This document shows, in pieces, positions 39,501 through 47,776 of a stretch of DNA of 64,000 nt (the first letter of the stretch is position 1; the number at the start of each line of letters is the position of its first letter). The DNA lies in the NCBI GenBank assembly GCA_963749085.1, contig CAVVLG010000003.1, positions 80,235-144,234 on the forward strand, in the 5' to 3' direction. The translations under genes and the position numbers were made by a program. Origin of the DNA: Candidatus Adlerbacteria bacterium. GTDB lineage: Bacteria; Patescibacteriota; Minisyncoccia; Phycocordibacterales; SBAW01. The notes under the pieces are model-generated. The model ran no database searches and was not told the DNA's origin. It saw nothing but the letters and a program-made list of their open reading frames with translations.

Positions 39501-42500
39501 GCAAAAGTTTGCGTGATAAAGCCCATGGCATTGCCTACCGCAGTGCCCCAAGCTCCCGAATCTGGGAGGAGTGTCACTTTGTGCGTTAATCGATACAGGT
39601 GGTTCGCATCATAGGTATCGGTAGTAGTAGCACCACTGCCCCACAAAATGGTAGCCTCCTGGCCGAGCGGAGAGTAAAAAACATTTGAGACAACCGTACG
39701 CCATGGCGATGACGTTGCCTCGCGCTGCTGTATTTCTTGAACCAACCCTTGAGGACCTAGCGTGTATAACACCTCGGACTGGTCGGGATATACGATGTCG
39801 GTCTGATCGCCCTGTCGGTCGTAGGAATATGACGTGGTGTATGTTTGTCCCGCAATCTGTTTTACTTCTTGTGCAGGCTTCCCCAGAGGATTGTAGCTGT
39901 CGGTCGTTACAATAGTTGCATTCGCAGTTGTGGTTGCGATACAAATCAAGCCTATACCGTTTGAACAAGAATCATACTTATACGTTACCGAGTTTGCGCT
40001 GGCGGGCATGTAAGTAATTACGATGATACCCTGACCTCCCGTGCCCGCAGCACCGCCTACGTGCGTTGCCCCGCCTCCGCCTCCTCCACCTCCGCCTCCG
40101 CCGTACGTGCCGCCGTTTCCACCCGCTGAGCCGACTGCATCTCCTGTCGCGGACGCACCGCCGCCTCCGCCTCCGCTCGAACCATGAGACGCATCAAATT
40201 CTGTTCCGATGCCGCCAGCACACCCGACTGTTGCTGGAGTATTGTTTTGCCCCCCACCTCCACCACCGCCATTGGTACCGGCGGTGCATCCGGAACCACT
40301 GTCACCATTGCCGTGTCCTGTTCCGCTTGAATTGTTTCCGCCATTTGCTCCGTTACCTGTGCCTCCAGTACCATTCCCCGCCGTACCGCCGCCATTACCT
40401 CCTCCACCCGGCCCGGCCCCGCCAGTAGTATTTGCGCCTCCTTGCGCTCCCGCTCCGTTGGACCCTCCAGCACCGCCTCCCGCAGTTGGAGCCGCATGAG
40501 CGGCATACGTACCACCGGCTCCCCCCGCATATGTTGTCGAGCCTATAGACTGCGAAGTTAGACCTCCTACGCCAGAGGAGGTAGTACCGTTCCCCGCACG
40601 CCCCCATGAGCATGACAAAGAAGCGGTCGAGGAGGCGGTGCCGTTGAAATACGTTTCTCGAGCTTGCCCGACGGCAGTTGTCACTGACGTGGTTGTAGCA
40701 TCAGCTCCAATTGCGTAGGTTATGTTCCCTCCTGGCGTGAGAGATAGATTAGTGATCTTTGCATAGGCACCTCCACCTCCTGCGGCTCCACCCGCGCCTC
40801 CGTCGGCGACGCCTGCCGCGCCTTCGCCTCCTGATCCAACGCACTGGATAGTGTTGTTCGACGAGTTCCAGTTTGAGGGTACGTTCCAGGTCTGATTGCC
40901 TTTACCCGGATTAACGGTGAGGAAGATGACGGTGGCACCGCTTCCTCCGGTTCCTTCGGTCAACTCGCGATTGAGCGCATCATAAGTGTAGGTAGTTGTT
41001 TTGCCGTTGGGGTCAACTTTTTGCGTCACGTTGCCCGCAAGGTCATAGGTATAGGTCGTCGTGCCAAAAGTAGTGTCCGTCGCGACGTGAAGGTCCTGTG
41101 CCGTGAGTTGGCGATTGAGACCGTCATACGTGAAATTGCGGATATTGCCGCTGGCATCCGTCACTTCCGTGAGGTTATTTTTCAGATCGTATGCATATGT
41201 GGTCGTAGCGGACGTGGTGGTGGTGCTATGTTCAACCACATTGACCAGATTGCCGAACGCGTCATTCCAAAAATCCTTAAGATTGCCGTTAGGGTCCGTG
41301 ACCATGGTATGCCACGGATTATACACATAGGTTGTCGAACCGACCGCGTTATCGACGGAAGCGATTCTCTCCAATGGATCGTAGGTATAGCTGGTAAAGA
41401 GCGCGGTCGTTGTCGTAGGTGCCGCCCAAGACGTGCTTGAGGCAAAATATTGGAGGGATTCATCCACCAGCAAGCCGGAAGCACCGTACACATCATCTTT
41501 CACGGCATAGGTATTGGTTGGAGCCGCCTCCGTGCGCGTTTGTATGGTGCGGCCGAGACCATCAAAGTATTGGTATGAGACCGTGCTGGTTGCGGAGTTG
41601 AGATAGGAGGTCGTCGTGGTGTAAGTCGGGAAACCCGTGTCGGTATATGCGATAGTTGTATTCAAGTCAAGTGTGCTGGGCGTATTGAGGTCAGGCTGCA
41701 ACTTCTCACTAACGCGCCCGACCGGATCGTACACGGTGACATGCGTGAGCCCGTTGGGATCGGTCGTGGTCGCCACATTGCCAGTCCCATAATCGTACAT
41801 ATAACTAGTGGATTGGTTGAGCGCATTGGTCGAAGTGGCAGGGTAATAATTGAAACTGTCGAATGAATAGCTGGTTTGATTACCGTTAGGGTCAGTGCTG
41901 CTCGCCACAAGGCCGTAGGAGTTATATGACTTCGTCTTGCTCGCATAGGTACTTCCTGTAATCCAATCCTCCTCCTTAGTCTGATTTCCGAGTGATACAG
42001 ACCCCAGCGGTAGGCCGTCGTAGTAATACTGGGTTTCTGAAAGCTGAGTGCTACTCGCATTGGTAAGTATAATGTCGTCTTGCAGATCCAGCGTCGAGCT
42101 TGCATTGGTCGCATAGGTAATATTTTTGATGCTCTCATCATTGCTGCTGATAGTGGTGTACGTGCCATTGGAGCTGCCGTTTACTTGACCCAGATCCTCA
42201 ACCTGCGCGAGATCCCCTGTAGTGGTGGAGTACGTGTATTGAATGGCATGATCCATGTGATTGCTACCGCTGGGATCAAAATCCTGCGTCATTTGGTTAG
42301 CGAGAAAGACGAAATACCCGGTAGACGCGGTGGTTGAGGGAGTGGTGGTGGACGTAGTCCAGTCGTAGAAGGTGCGCTTCAGCAGCGTCCCGCTGGGAGT
42401 TTCGGTGTCTTCACGGAACACACGCCCAATTTGGGCATAGCTATCGCTCTGCTCGCCGTCGCCGGTCGTTACGCCGTTGCCTTGGTTGTAATAGGTGACC

Positions 42501-45172
42501 GTGGTGAAGTCGGGATGTGTCTCCTTTATAGTGTAGAAGCTTGCGAACTTCCTGTCCTGCGGAGCGTTCGCGTTGAAGTACAGAACGCCGCCATTGTAGG
42601 AATAATCGACTTCGGTGGTATTGTCGTCGTTATCACTGGTGAGGGTTTTTGACACCAATAGAAGCGAGAGTGGCAAATTGGGATTATTGCTCGTCTGGGG
42701 CGACGGAACATATGAGATCTGCTCGTTACCACCTTTGGGATAATTAATTTGCGTCAGTACGTCCTGGCGCGAAGCGTTGTTTATTTCATCGACATTGTCC
42801 GGCAACCCATCGCCGTTCCAATCGACATATTCGTTATCTATCTCAGTATCATACTGATTGTATTGAACGATGTAGGAAGGAAGCTGTATTGAACTCGTGG
42901 CCCACCCCGAGCCGGTATTAAGCCACACAATATCGATCCCATTCGAGACCGGCGCATTGCCGTGCACTCCACCGACAATCGGACTGTAATATGATTCGAC
43001 GAGATCCGGCAATCCATCGCCAGTGAGGTCTATAAACCGAAGACCGCGATCAAAGTATTGATGGCTGCCGCTGTTGTAATAATAGGTGGACGTGGCGATG
43101 TTCCAAGGCGAATTGCACGATCCCGCCGGGATCCATCCGGTCCCAGTATTCATACAGACATACGTATTGTTAGCATCCGAATACACCCAATCATCAAGGC
43201 CGTCGCCGTTGATATCAACGAGCTGGGAGTCCGTAACCGTACCACCAGCCGCGTCTGGAAACGGTTCCACTGCCGTAAAATCACCACTGGGGGTCCATGC
43301 GCTGCCGTTGCCCATATAGCTTGTACTCGCCGTAATACCTGAACCTGAAGGCAATGCTTCGACATAACCAGGGTATCCGTTCCCATCGAGATTTCCAAAC
43401 ATACCCGATGTGTAGGTTATGCCCGAGCCGGAATTGTAAAGGCCGAAGGGAGGGATGACCCCGTTTAACGTCGAAGAGGCGAGCACCGTAAAGGTGTAAT
43501 CGCCGTTAGTTCCTGACGTATTTTCGTATAGTGCCGCGCCATCCAGACCCTGATCATTATGCACGACATCCGCATAGCCGTCGCCGCTGACATCAACGAA
43601 TCTCGTGCCGCTTTCAACCGGAGTCTGCGTGCTACCAAGACAGGCCCACGTGTACGAAGGAGGCTCGCTGACGGCCGTGTTGTCTATATATAACTGCCCA
43701 GGACCTCCGCAGGAAGCATAGCCGGATATTGCCGTATCGTTTACGCCATCGCCATGCGATTGGGCTGCGATGTTAGATTGGTTTGCAGCATATCCAAAAT
43801 TATTTTGAAACGTCCATGTCACTGATGTGCTGGCATACTGGAACGTCGTCGCCGGAAGAGTCAGTTGGTTACCGTTGGCATCCTCGCCAGTTTCTTGGAC
43901 GCCAGAGAGAAGCGACCGATACCCATTATTTCCCGTCGTATATGAAAGAACATATTTGCGCACTAAATTGCCATTCACCTTTGCGTCAATCTCTGTGATG
44001 CGATAATTGGTTGTCACTTCAAAGGTCGGCCGGTAATCGATGAACGAGTCGGGACGGGTTGAAGTAGCAAACGTTATACTCATCACGCCCGTGGTTGTTC
44101 CGTTTCCGGTATACGTTATCTGGAAAGGATAAATCTGATCGTCGTTCTTGGCGTAGGTGTATGAGATGTCATTGCCGTTCGTATCCACAACCTGTTCAAG
44201 CATCCAGGTATATATCTGCGTTGAGCTGGCGGCATCAAACTGCTGTGCTTGGGTCGTGGTGCCGTATTCGTAGCGGGTGCCATCCTTGTCATAGGCGGTC
44301 CACGTGTCGTTTGAGAATACGTATTTGACGAAGCTGCCGTCATTGACACGCGCGATATACGTGCTCGAGTTGGAGGATGTGGCTAAAAGGGTTAATTCTC
44401 CGTCTTTAGAGGAGGTAAAATAGTTGTCCGTATAGAGCCTATCAGTACCCGTTTTATTAAGCCTCTGTATGTAGGGGATGGAGAGCGACCAGCCGTATCC
44501 AACCAGACTGTTGTCTTGCAGGTTTTGGCTGTTGTAATTGAGGGAGAAATCGGGCTGTAAGCCGTTGCGGCCGGGCGGAATATCGAGCGGTATGTTTTCC
44601 GTCAACGCGCCGCTCGTCTTGTCCACTTGAGGAGCAATAGTTTGATATGTGAATAGATATGGATTCGTAACTGTCGGTGGAGAACTACCACCGCTAGGAG
44701 GTGGAGGACCCGGAGGTTGGCTTGCTGGAGTGCTGGGAGTCGTTGGGCTGCTAGGGGCGGGCGTCGTTGGGTTACTCGGATTACTACCATTATTCGTATC
44801 ACTGTTATCAGTAGAGCTATTGTCGGTAGGACTTGTATCCACACTGGGCGTCGTGGCGTTATCCGCGCTGGGCGTCGCCTGATCGGATGAATCGCTCGGT
44901 TGTTGCGTCGATGCTCCTAATATATCGCCCAGTGGGGTGACTTTCGGCGTATCGGGCGTAGTATTTGCATCTGTCGATTGATCCGAGGACTGTGAAGAAT
45001 CAAAAGTTGCGGAAGCGTCAGTACCTGAGGAGGTGGAGCTCGGGTCCGTTATTGATGTCTGTGCATCCGCTGAAGGAGTGTCAGTCGCGCTCTGGGCAAA
45101 TATAGTGCTCACCGGAGAGAGCAATAAAGTTGCAAGCGTAAAGCCTGCGATAAGTTTTCTCACCGCCCACAT
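36566..45172 (-). CDS. giant Rhs/YD-repeat polymorphic toxin, TcB-TcC-fusion-like (SpvB + FG-GAP propeller + YD shell with Gly-rich insert, 2 CBM4_9-like and an FN3-like module + C-terminal toxin)
   Basis: Signal peptide 'MWAVRKLIAGFTLATLLLSPVSTIFA|QSA'; SpvB-type 'DFSLNYNSQNLQDNSLVGYGWSLSIP'; FG-GAP 'DVSGDGYADVV/DINGDGLDDWV/DLTGDGLPDLV'; many YD repeats (e.g. 'TYTYDLAGNVTQKVDPNGKTTTYTYDALNRE'); Rhs core end 'ARYYDGSRGQFLSEDP...NAYSYSRDNPTTTSDPQGL'. Confidence 0.85.
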   Translation of the reverse strand: MWAVRKLIAGFTLATLLLSPVSTIFAQSATDTPSADAQTSITDPSSTSSGTDASATFDSSQSSDQSTDANTTPDTPKVTPLGDILGASTQQPSDSSDQATPSADNATTPSVDTSPTDNSSTDNSDTNNGSNPSNPTTPAPSSPTTPSTPASQPPGPPPPSGGSSPPTVTNPYLFTYQTIAPQVDKTSGALTENIPLDIPPGRNGLQPDFSLNYNSQNLQDNSLVGYGWSLSIPYIQRLNKTGTDRLYTDNYFTSSKDGELTLLATSSNSSTYIARVNDGSFVKYVFSNDTWTAYDKDGTRYEYGTTTQAQQFDAASSTQIYTWMLEQVVDTNGNDISYTYAKNDDQIYPFQITYTGNGTTTGVMSITFATSTRPDSFIDYRPTFEVTTNYRITEIDAKVNGNLVRKYVLSYTTGNNGYRSLLSGVQETGEDANGNQLTLPATTFQYASTSVTWTFQNNFGYAANQSNIAAQSHGDGVNDTAISGYASCGGPGQLYIDNTAVSEPPSYTWACLGSTQTPVESGTRFVDVSGDGYADVVHNDQGLDGAALYENTSGTNGDYTFTVLASSTLNGVIPPFGLYNSGSGITYTSGMFGNLDGNGYPGYVEALPSGSGITASTSYMGNGSAWTPSGDFTAVEPFPDAAGGTVTDSQLVDINGDGLDDWVYSDANNTYVCMNTGTGWIPAGSCNSPWNIATSTYYYNSGSHQYFDRGLRFIDLTGDGLPDLVESYYSPIVGGVHGNAPVSNGIDIVWLNTGSGWATSSIQLPSYIVQYNQYDTEIDNEYVDWNGDGLPDNVDEINNASRQDVLTQINYPKGGNEQISYVPSPQTSNNPNLPLSLLLVSKTLTSDNDDNTTEVDYSYNGGVLYFNANAPQDRKFASFYTIKETHPDFTTVTYYNQGNGVTTGDGEQSDSYAQIGRVFREDTETPSGTLLKRTFYDWTTSTTTPSTTASTGYFVFLANQMTQDFDPSGSNHMDHAIQYTYSTTTGDLAQVEDLGQVNGSSNGTYTTISSNDESIKNITYATNASSTLDLQDDIILTNASSTQLSETQYYYDGLPLGSVSLGNQTKEEDWITGSTYASKTKSYNSYGLVASSTDPNGNQTSYSFDSFNYYPATSTNALNQSTSYMYDYGTGNVATTTDPNGLTHVTVYDPVGRVSEKLQPDLNTPSTLDLNTTIAYTDTGFPTYTTTTSYLNSATSTVSYQYFDGLGRTIQTRTEAAPTNTYAVKDDVYGASGLLVDESLQYFASSTSWAAPTTTTALFTSYTYDPLERIASVDNAVGSTTYVYNPWHTMVTDPNGNLKDFWNDAFGNLVNVVEHSTTTTSATTTYAYDLKNNLTEVTDASGNIRNFTYDGLNRQLTAQDLHVATDTTFGTTTYTYDLAGNVTQKVDPNGKTTTYTYDALNRELTEGTGGSGATVIFLTVNPGKGNQTWNVPSNWNSSNNTIQCVGSGGEGAAGVADGGAGGAAGGGGAYAKITNLSLTPGGNITYAIGADATTTSVTTAVGQARETYFNGTASSTASLSCSWGRAGNGTTSSGVGGLTSQSIGSTTYAGGAGGTYAAHAAPTAGGGAGGSNGAGAQGGANTTGGAGPGGGGNGGGTAGNGTGGTGNGANGGNNSSGTGHGNGDSGSGCTAGTNGGGGGGGQNNTPATVGCAGGIGTEFDASHGSSGGGGGGASATGDAVGSAGGNGGTYGGGGGGGGGGGATHVGGAAGTGGQGIIVITYMPASANSVTYKYDSCSNGIGLICIATTTANATIVTTDSYNPLGKPAQEVKQIAGQTYTTSYSYDRQGDQTDIVYPDQSEVLYTLGPQGLVQEIQQREATSSPWRTVVSNVFYSPLGQEATILWGSGATTTDTYDANHLYRLTHKVTLLPDSGAWGTAVGNAMGFITQTFANAASSTGPTPPFASTNLNTDGYWFSNSVTYDDSFEYASSTSWVFNEGSSISSSSIDCTTAFTGACSDKIVVASTSVNYLPQLLQLLRVDPNVNYTLEFSAKASATTTIEATLQQNSGQYLSYGLDVNPTVTPNWKQYSYYFSSTATTTDLNSRLIFSLGAVNSATYWLDDVELIPDSLSTVRNPSFENISDPTGNNYGYGFWTDNGSSEATESTDCTTSTNGSCSANINVLQATSTNWYVQFWQQQALATGTTYILAFDAKSTSQRSADVVLDQNHSPNNQFTPFTPFNLYPNWNHYVITLTPNAGDVDGRFDFDLGTTTGHVWFDNFHFFAEQNTKVTAPPPYFNGIYDSSGTSTASAYEIQVIQRGGSWATPLWDSGEVTLSPQTQNGQRTATSTYAGPTLPSNGTDANKYFWRIRVWDQNNNPSPWSNGNDYFMTPGNRVQDLSYTYDANGNITYLVDASFTKTAKVVDYTYDGLNRLIQASTTPDISSGAPNAGRNTIEQWTYDALGNVLTDASSTLGGTFATTTYLYQGNTGSSYANPDAPTQVGQTTITYDNNGNVTQGLSGFQGAWDWRNRLSISTTTAGTDTYTYDENDNRVRVGTASTTYYYPNDYYNTDSVSMLPTKHIFLNNQDVADITGATGSGIINYNYVDTLNSASVTADSNNHVQEVTDYTPYGSISNHDQLAGYSSLRKYVGQVYDNDTGLDYLNARYYDGSRGQFLSEDPVFLSLGNPNQVGQLLDQSQYQLLADPQQLNAYSYSRDNPTTTSDPQGLGVLEGSINAGYIFGGGVANFDIDTNSWLGQFSYGPTIGPGIGARVSGTYDPNGSLDPAGLYFQVSAGAAAGVGASYSSEAPLTWQDGKFKLKSALPVGNVVPAFGAYAGATDAVLYKASPFSLGFIGNVISQFQSFVGSSPNPSSGSGGSNISQLSGAVINYANTTGANLADPSFAAAVKAINTYNSNLFSSQMSASTPGTK

Positions 45173-45585
45173 TTTTCTTTCCCACAAAAAATGAGGTGCC
45201 CTGCTCATAAAATTTTGCCCTGCCAAAAAACATATACCGGAGACCCAATGGTAACAGGGAAAACGAAACAGCAAGGAAATCTCTCCGGATTTTTATTTCA
45301 CCACTGAACTATTTTCCTGTTATTAAGCCACACATGAGACTAGGTGCGCAAATCTCGGCAAAGCGACATATGAAGTTTTTATGCAAACAAGTTTTCATAT
45401 CTCGGATTTCCGAACAGAGCAAAATAATAGTGCTTGATAATTTTCAAATCTGACGCGTTTATTAAAAAATTATCCACAGATCGCTATTACAAGTTACCAA
45501 CTAGGGGACCGGAATGGGGTCTGGACTCACAGCGGGTGTTGCGTCATTCATTGACCTTGCAGATTAGCAAGTAACCACAAGGTAT

Positions 45586-46923
45586 ATGAATATGACGTTT
45601 GAGGGTACCGCAGGGGTATTAGGGACAAAGCCGGAAATTAAGGAGACAGTGCGGGTGTGCTACTGCCTGTATGCTCGGAAGTCGACCGAACAAGACGAGG
45701 TGCAAGCGCTCTCTATCGAGTCGCAGGTCAAGGAGATGACTGCGCTCGCCACGCGGGACGGCTTGGAGATCGTTGAAATAAAACGGGAGTCGCACTCGGC
45801 GAAGGAGACCAATCAGCGGCCAGTCTTCAACGAGATGCTCGAGGAGATACGAGTGGGTACATATAATGGAATACTGACATGGGCAGCGGATCGCATCAGC
45901 AGAAACGCCGGGGACTTGGGCAAGGTCGTAGACCTCATGGATGCAGGGCTGCTCCATGGCATACAAACGTACAGTCAGAAATTCTCGAATAATCCGAACG
46001 AGAAATTCTTGTTGATGATCCTGTGCAGCCAGGCGAAGCTCGAAAACGACAACAAGCGGATTAACGTAAAGAGGGGCCTGCGCGCTCGGGCGGAGATGGG
46101 TATGCTGCCGGGATGGGCACCCATTGGATATCTCAACGACACGCGCAAGGACCACAGGTGCGAATATCTGTTGGACCCGCTTCGAGCGCCGGTGGTGAGG
46201 ATGATATTCGAGAAGGTTGCCAAAGAACGCTGGAGCGGGCTTAAGATATACCACTGGCTCAAGGAGGATCTAAAATTCACGACCCGCAGCGGTAAGAACC
46301 TCAATATCAGCACCCTCTATGAGATGTTGAAAAATCCCTTCTACTGCGGAGTGTTCGAGTACCCCCGCAAGAGCGGCAATTGGTACGTGGGCAAGCATGA
46401 GCCCCTCATCACAAGAGAGCTGTTTGAGCAGGTGCGGCAGAAAATCGTCGAGGAGACGGAGCCGCGTAAGCGCTCCAACGAATTCGCCTTTGTCCGCATG
46501 ATGACGTGTGGGGACTGCGGCTCCAGCATCACGGCATTCGAGAAGGATAAATTCATCAAGGGAACTGGGGAGACGCGCACGTACCGCTATTATGCGTGCT
46601 GTCGGTCGAAGGACCGCCATTGCAAGAGCCTCTATGTACGCGAGGACGCTATGATGGAGCAGCTCATCGGCATCATCGACGAGGTGGAAATAGACCAGCT
46701 GGGTGCCCGGCATCTTATCGACAGAGAGATTGTTCGCTTCAACAAACTACAGTCGAAGGTACTTGGCAGCAAGGAAAAAGAGAAGGTGCGCGACATAGAC
46801 GTGCGGCGCTACGCGAAGTACCTGCTTGAGGAAGGGACGACTGAAGAGAAGCGCGAGCTGCTCGGACAGCTGCGCGGCAGGATTGTGCTGAAGGATAAAC
46901 AGATATCAATCGCGAAGGCCTAG
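45586..46923 (+). CDS. large serine recombinase (copy 2, paralog of 26816..28147)
   Basis: 445 aa with the same three-domain layout; Zn ribbon 'CGDCGS...YYACCRSKDRHCKSLY'; colinear with copy 1 and judged by eye about 60% identical. Confidence 0.85.
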   Translation: MNMTFEGTAGVLGTKPEIKETVRVCYCLYARKSTEQDEVQALSIESQVKEMTALATRDGLEIVEIKRESHSAKETNQRPVFNEMLEEIRVGTYNGILTWAADRISRNAGDLGKVVDLMDAGLLHGIQTYSQKFSNNPNEKFLLMILCSQAKLENDNKRINVKRGLRARAEMGMLPGWAPIGYLNDTRKDHRCEYLLDPLRAPVVRMIFEKVAKERWSGLKIYHWLKEDLKFTTRSGKNLNISTLYEMLKNPFYCGVFEYPRKSGNWYVGKHEPLITRELFEQVRQKIVEETEPRKRSNEFAFVRMMTCGDCGSSITAFEKDKFIKGTGETRTYRYYACCRSKDRHCKSLYVREDAMMEQLIGIIDEVEIDQLGARHLIDREIVRFNKLQSKVLGSKEKEKVRDIDVRRYAKYLLEEGTTEEKRELLGQLRGRIVLKDKQISIAKA

Positions 46924-46983
46924 ACAAACGCAAAAGCCGCGACCTGATATCGCGGCTTATGCGTTTCTTACGAGCTTAACGAG

Positions 46984-47051
46984 GGGCGATACCGTACTGA
47001 CTTCGATGGGGGCCGGTATCGGTTCCCTGCGCCACAGCGCTGTGCCCCCGG
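46984..47051 (+). repeat. 68-bp direct repeat, copy B
   Basis: Identical to 33441..33508; starts 61 bp after the recombinase stop. Confidence 0.85.
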
Positions 47052-47140
47052 CAGGAATTGCACCCACATTGACCCCTTAGGACGGGGCGGTTCTATCTGT
47101 TGAACTACGGGGGCTATAAACGCCACCACTGTAGCACACG

Positions 47141-47383
47141 TTACGCTTCTACTCCCAATTTATTAGCAAGTTTCTCGCGGTCAAAACCGATCATGATGTC
47201 GCCGCCGACCACAATGACGGGTACGCCGAGCTGACCCGTTAGTTTTATCATCTCTTGTCGTTTTGCTGCGTCGCTTGCGACGTCGTAGGCGGTATACTCG
47301 ATATGTTTTTCGGCGAAAAATTCCTTCGCCATTTGGCAGAAGTGGCAGGTCGGCGTCGAATAAATGGTTATGTGCTTGTCCAT
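47141..47383 (-). CDS. glutaredoxin-like protein (NrdH/YruB type)
   Basis: 'IYSTPTCHFCQMAKEFF' CxxC thioredoxin-fold motif and 'GQLGVPVIVVGG' typical of glutaredoxins; 80 aa. Confidence 0.8.
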   Translation of the reverse strand: MDKHITIYSTPTCHFCQMAKEFFAEKHIEYTAYDVASDAAKRQEMIKLTGQLGVPVIVVGGDIMIGFDREKLANKLGVEA

Positions 47384-47446
47384 ACAAATAATAAGTGATT
47401 GGCTGCTAGTAAAAACAGTATATCAAATATATAATCGACTCGCCAC

Positions 47447-47517
47447 GCGGATATGGTTTAGTGGTAGAACAGATGCTTCCCAAGCATCGGGCGGGAGTTC
47501 GATTCTCCCTATCCGCA
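47447..47517 (+). tRNA. tRNA-Gly (anticodon CCC)
   Basis: Acceptor GCGGATA/TATCCGC, D-arm TGGTTTAGTGGTAGAACA, anticodon loop TTCCCAA, T-arm GGGAGTTCGATTCTCCC. Confidence 0.8.
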
Positions 47518-47575
47518 CATGTTAGTGAGACCGACCTACCAGGCTCAAAGTGCTCAAATATGCTATGATAATTTT

Positions 47576-47767
47576 ATGACCACGGCGGTTAAAAAGGAGT
47601 TAAAAAAGCTGGCCCGTGAGACATTTCGCGAGGTACTACAAGAAGAGCTGATGAAACAGCGCGGTTTGAGCGTGCTTGCTGTTTCTGATAAAGAGCAGCG
47701 GGAAATAAACAAACTCTATAAAAAGCCTTCCGGCCGGGCTGTCCGTACCACGCGCGTTCGTATTTGA
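47576..47767 (+). CDS. putative antitoxin (partner of the downstream RelE/ParE-like toxin)
   Basis: Small charged protein 10 bp upstream of the RelE-like gene; start trimmed so it does not overlap tRNA-Gly; no motif recognised. Confidence 0.3.
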   Translation: MTTAVKKELKKLARETFREVLQEELMKQRGLSVLAVSDKEQREINKLYKKPSGRAVRTTRVRI

Positions 47768-47776
47768 TTAAACTCT

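Noticed and set aside
45619-46713. Several 110-210-aa minus-strand ORFs inside serine recombinase 2
   Set aside because: Antisense of a strongly supported recombinase gene, with no motifs.
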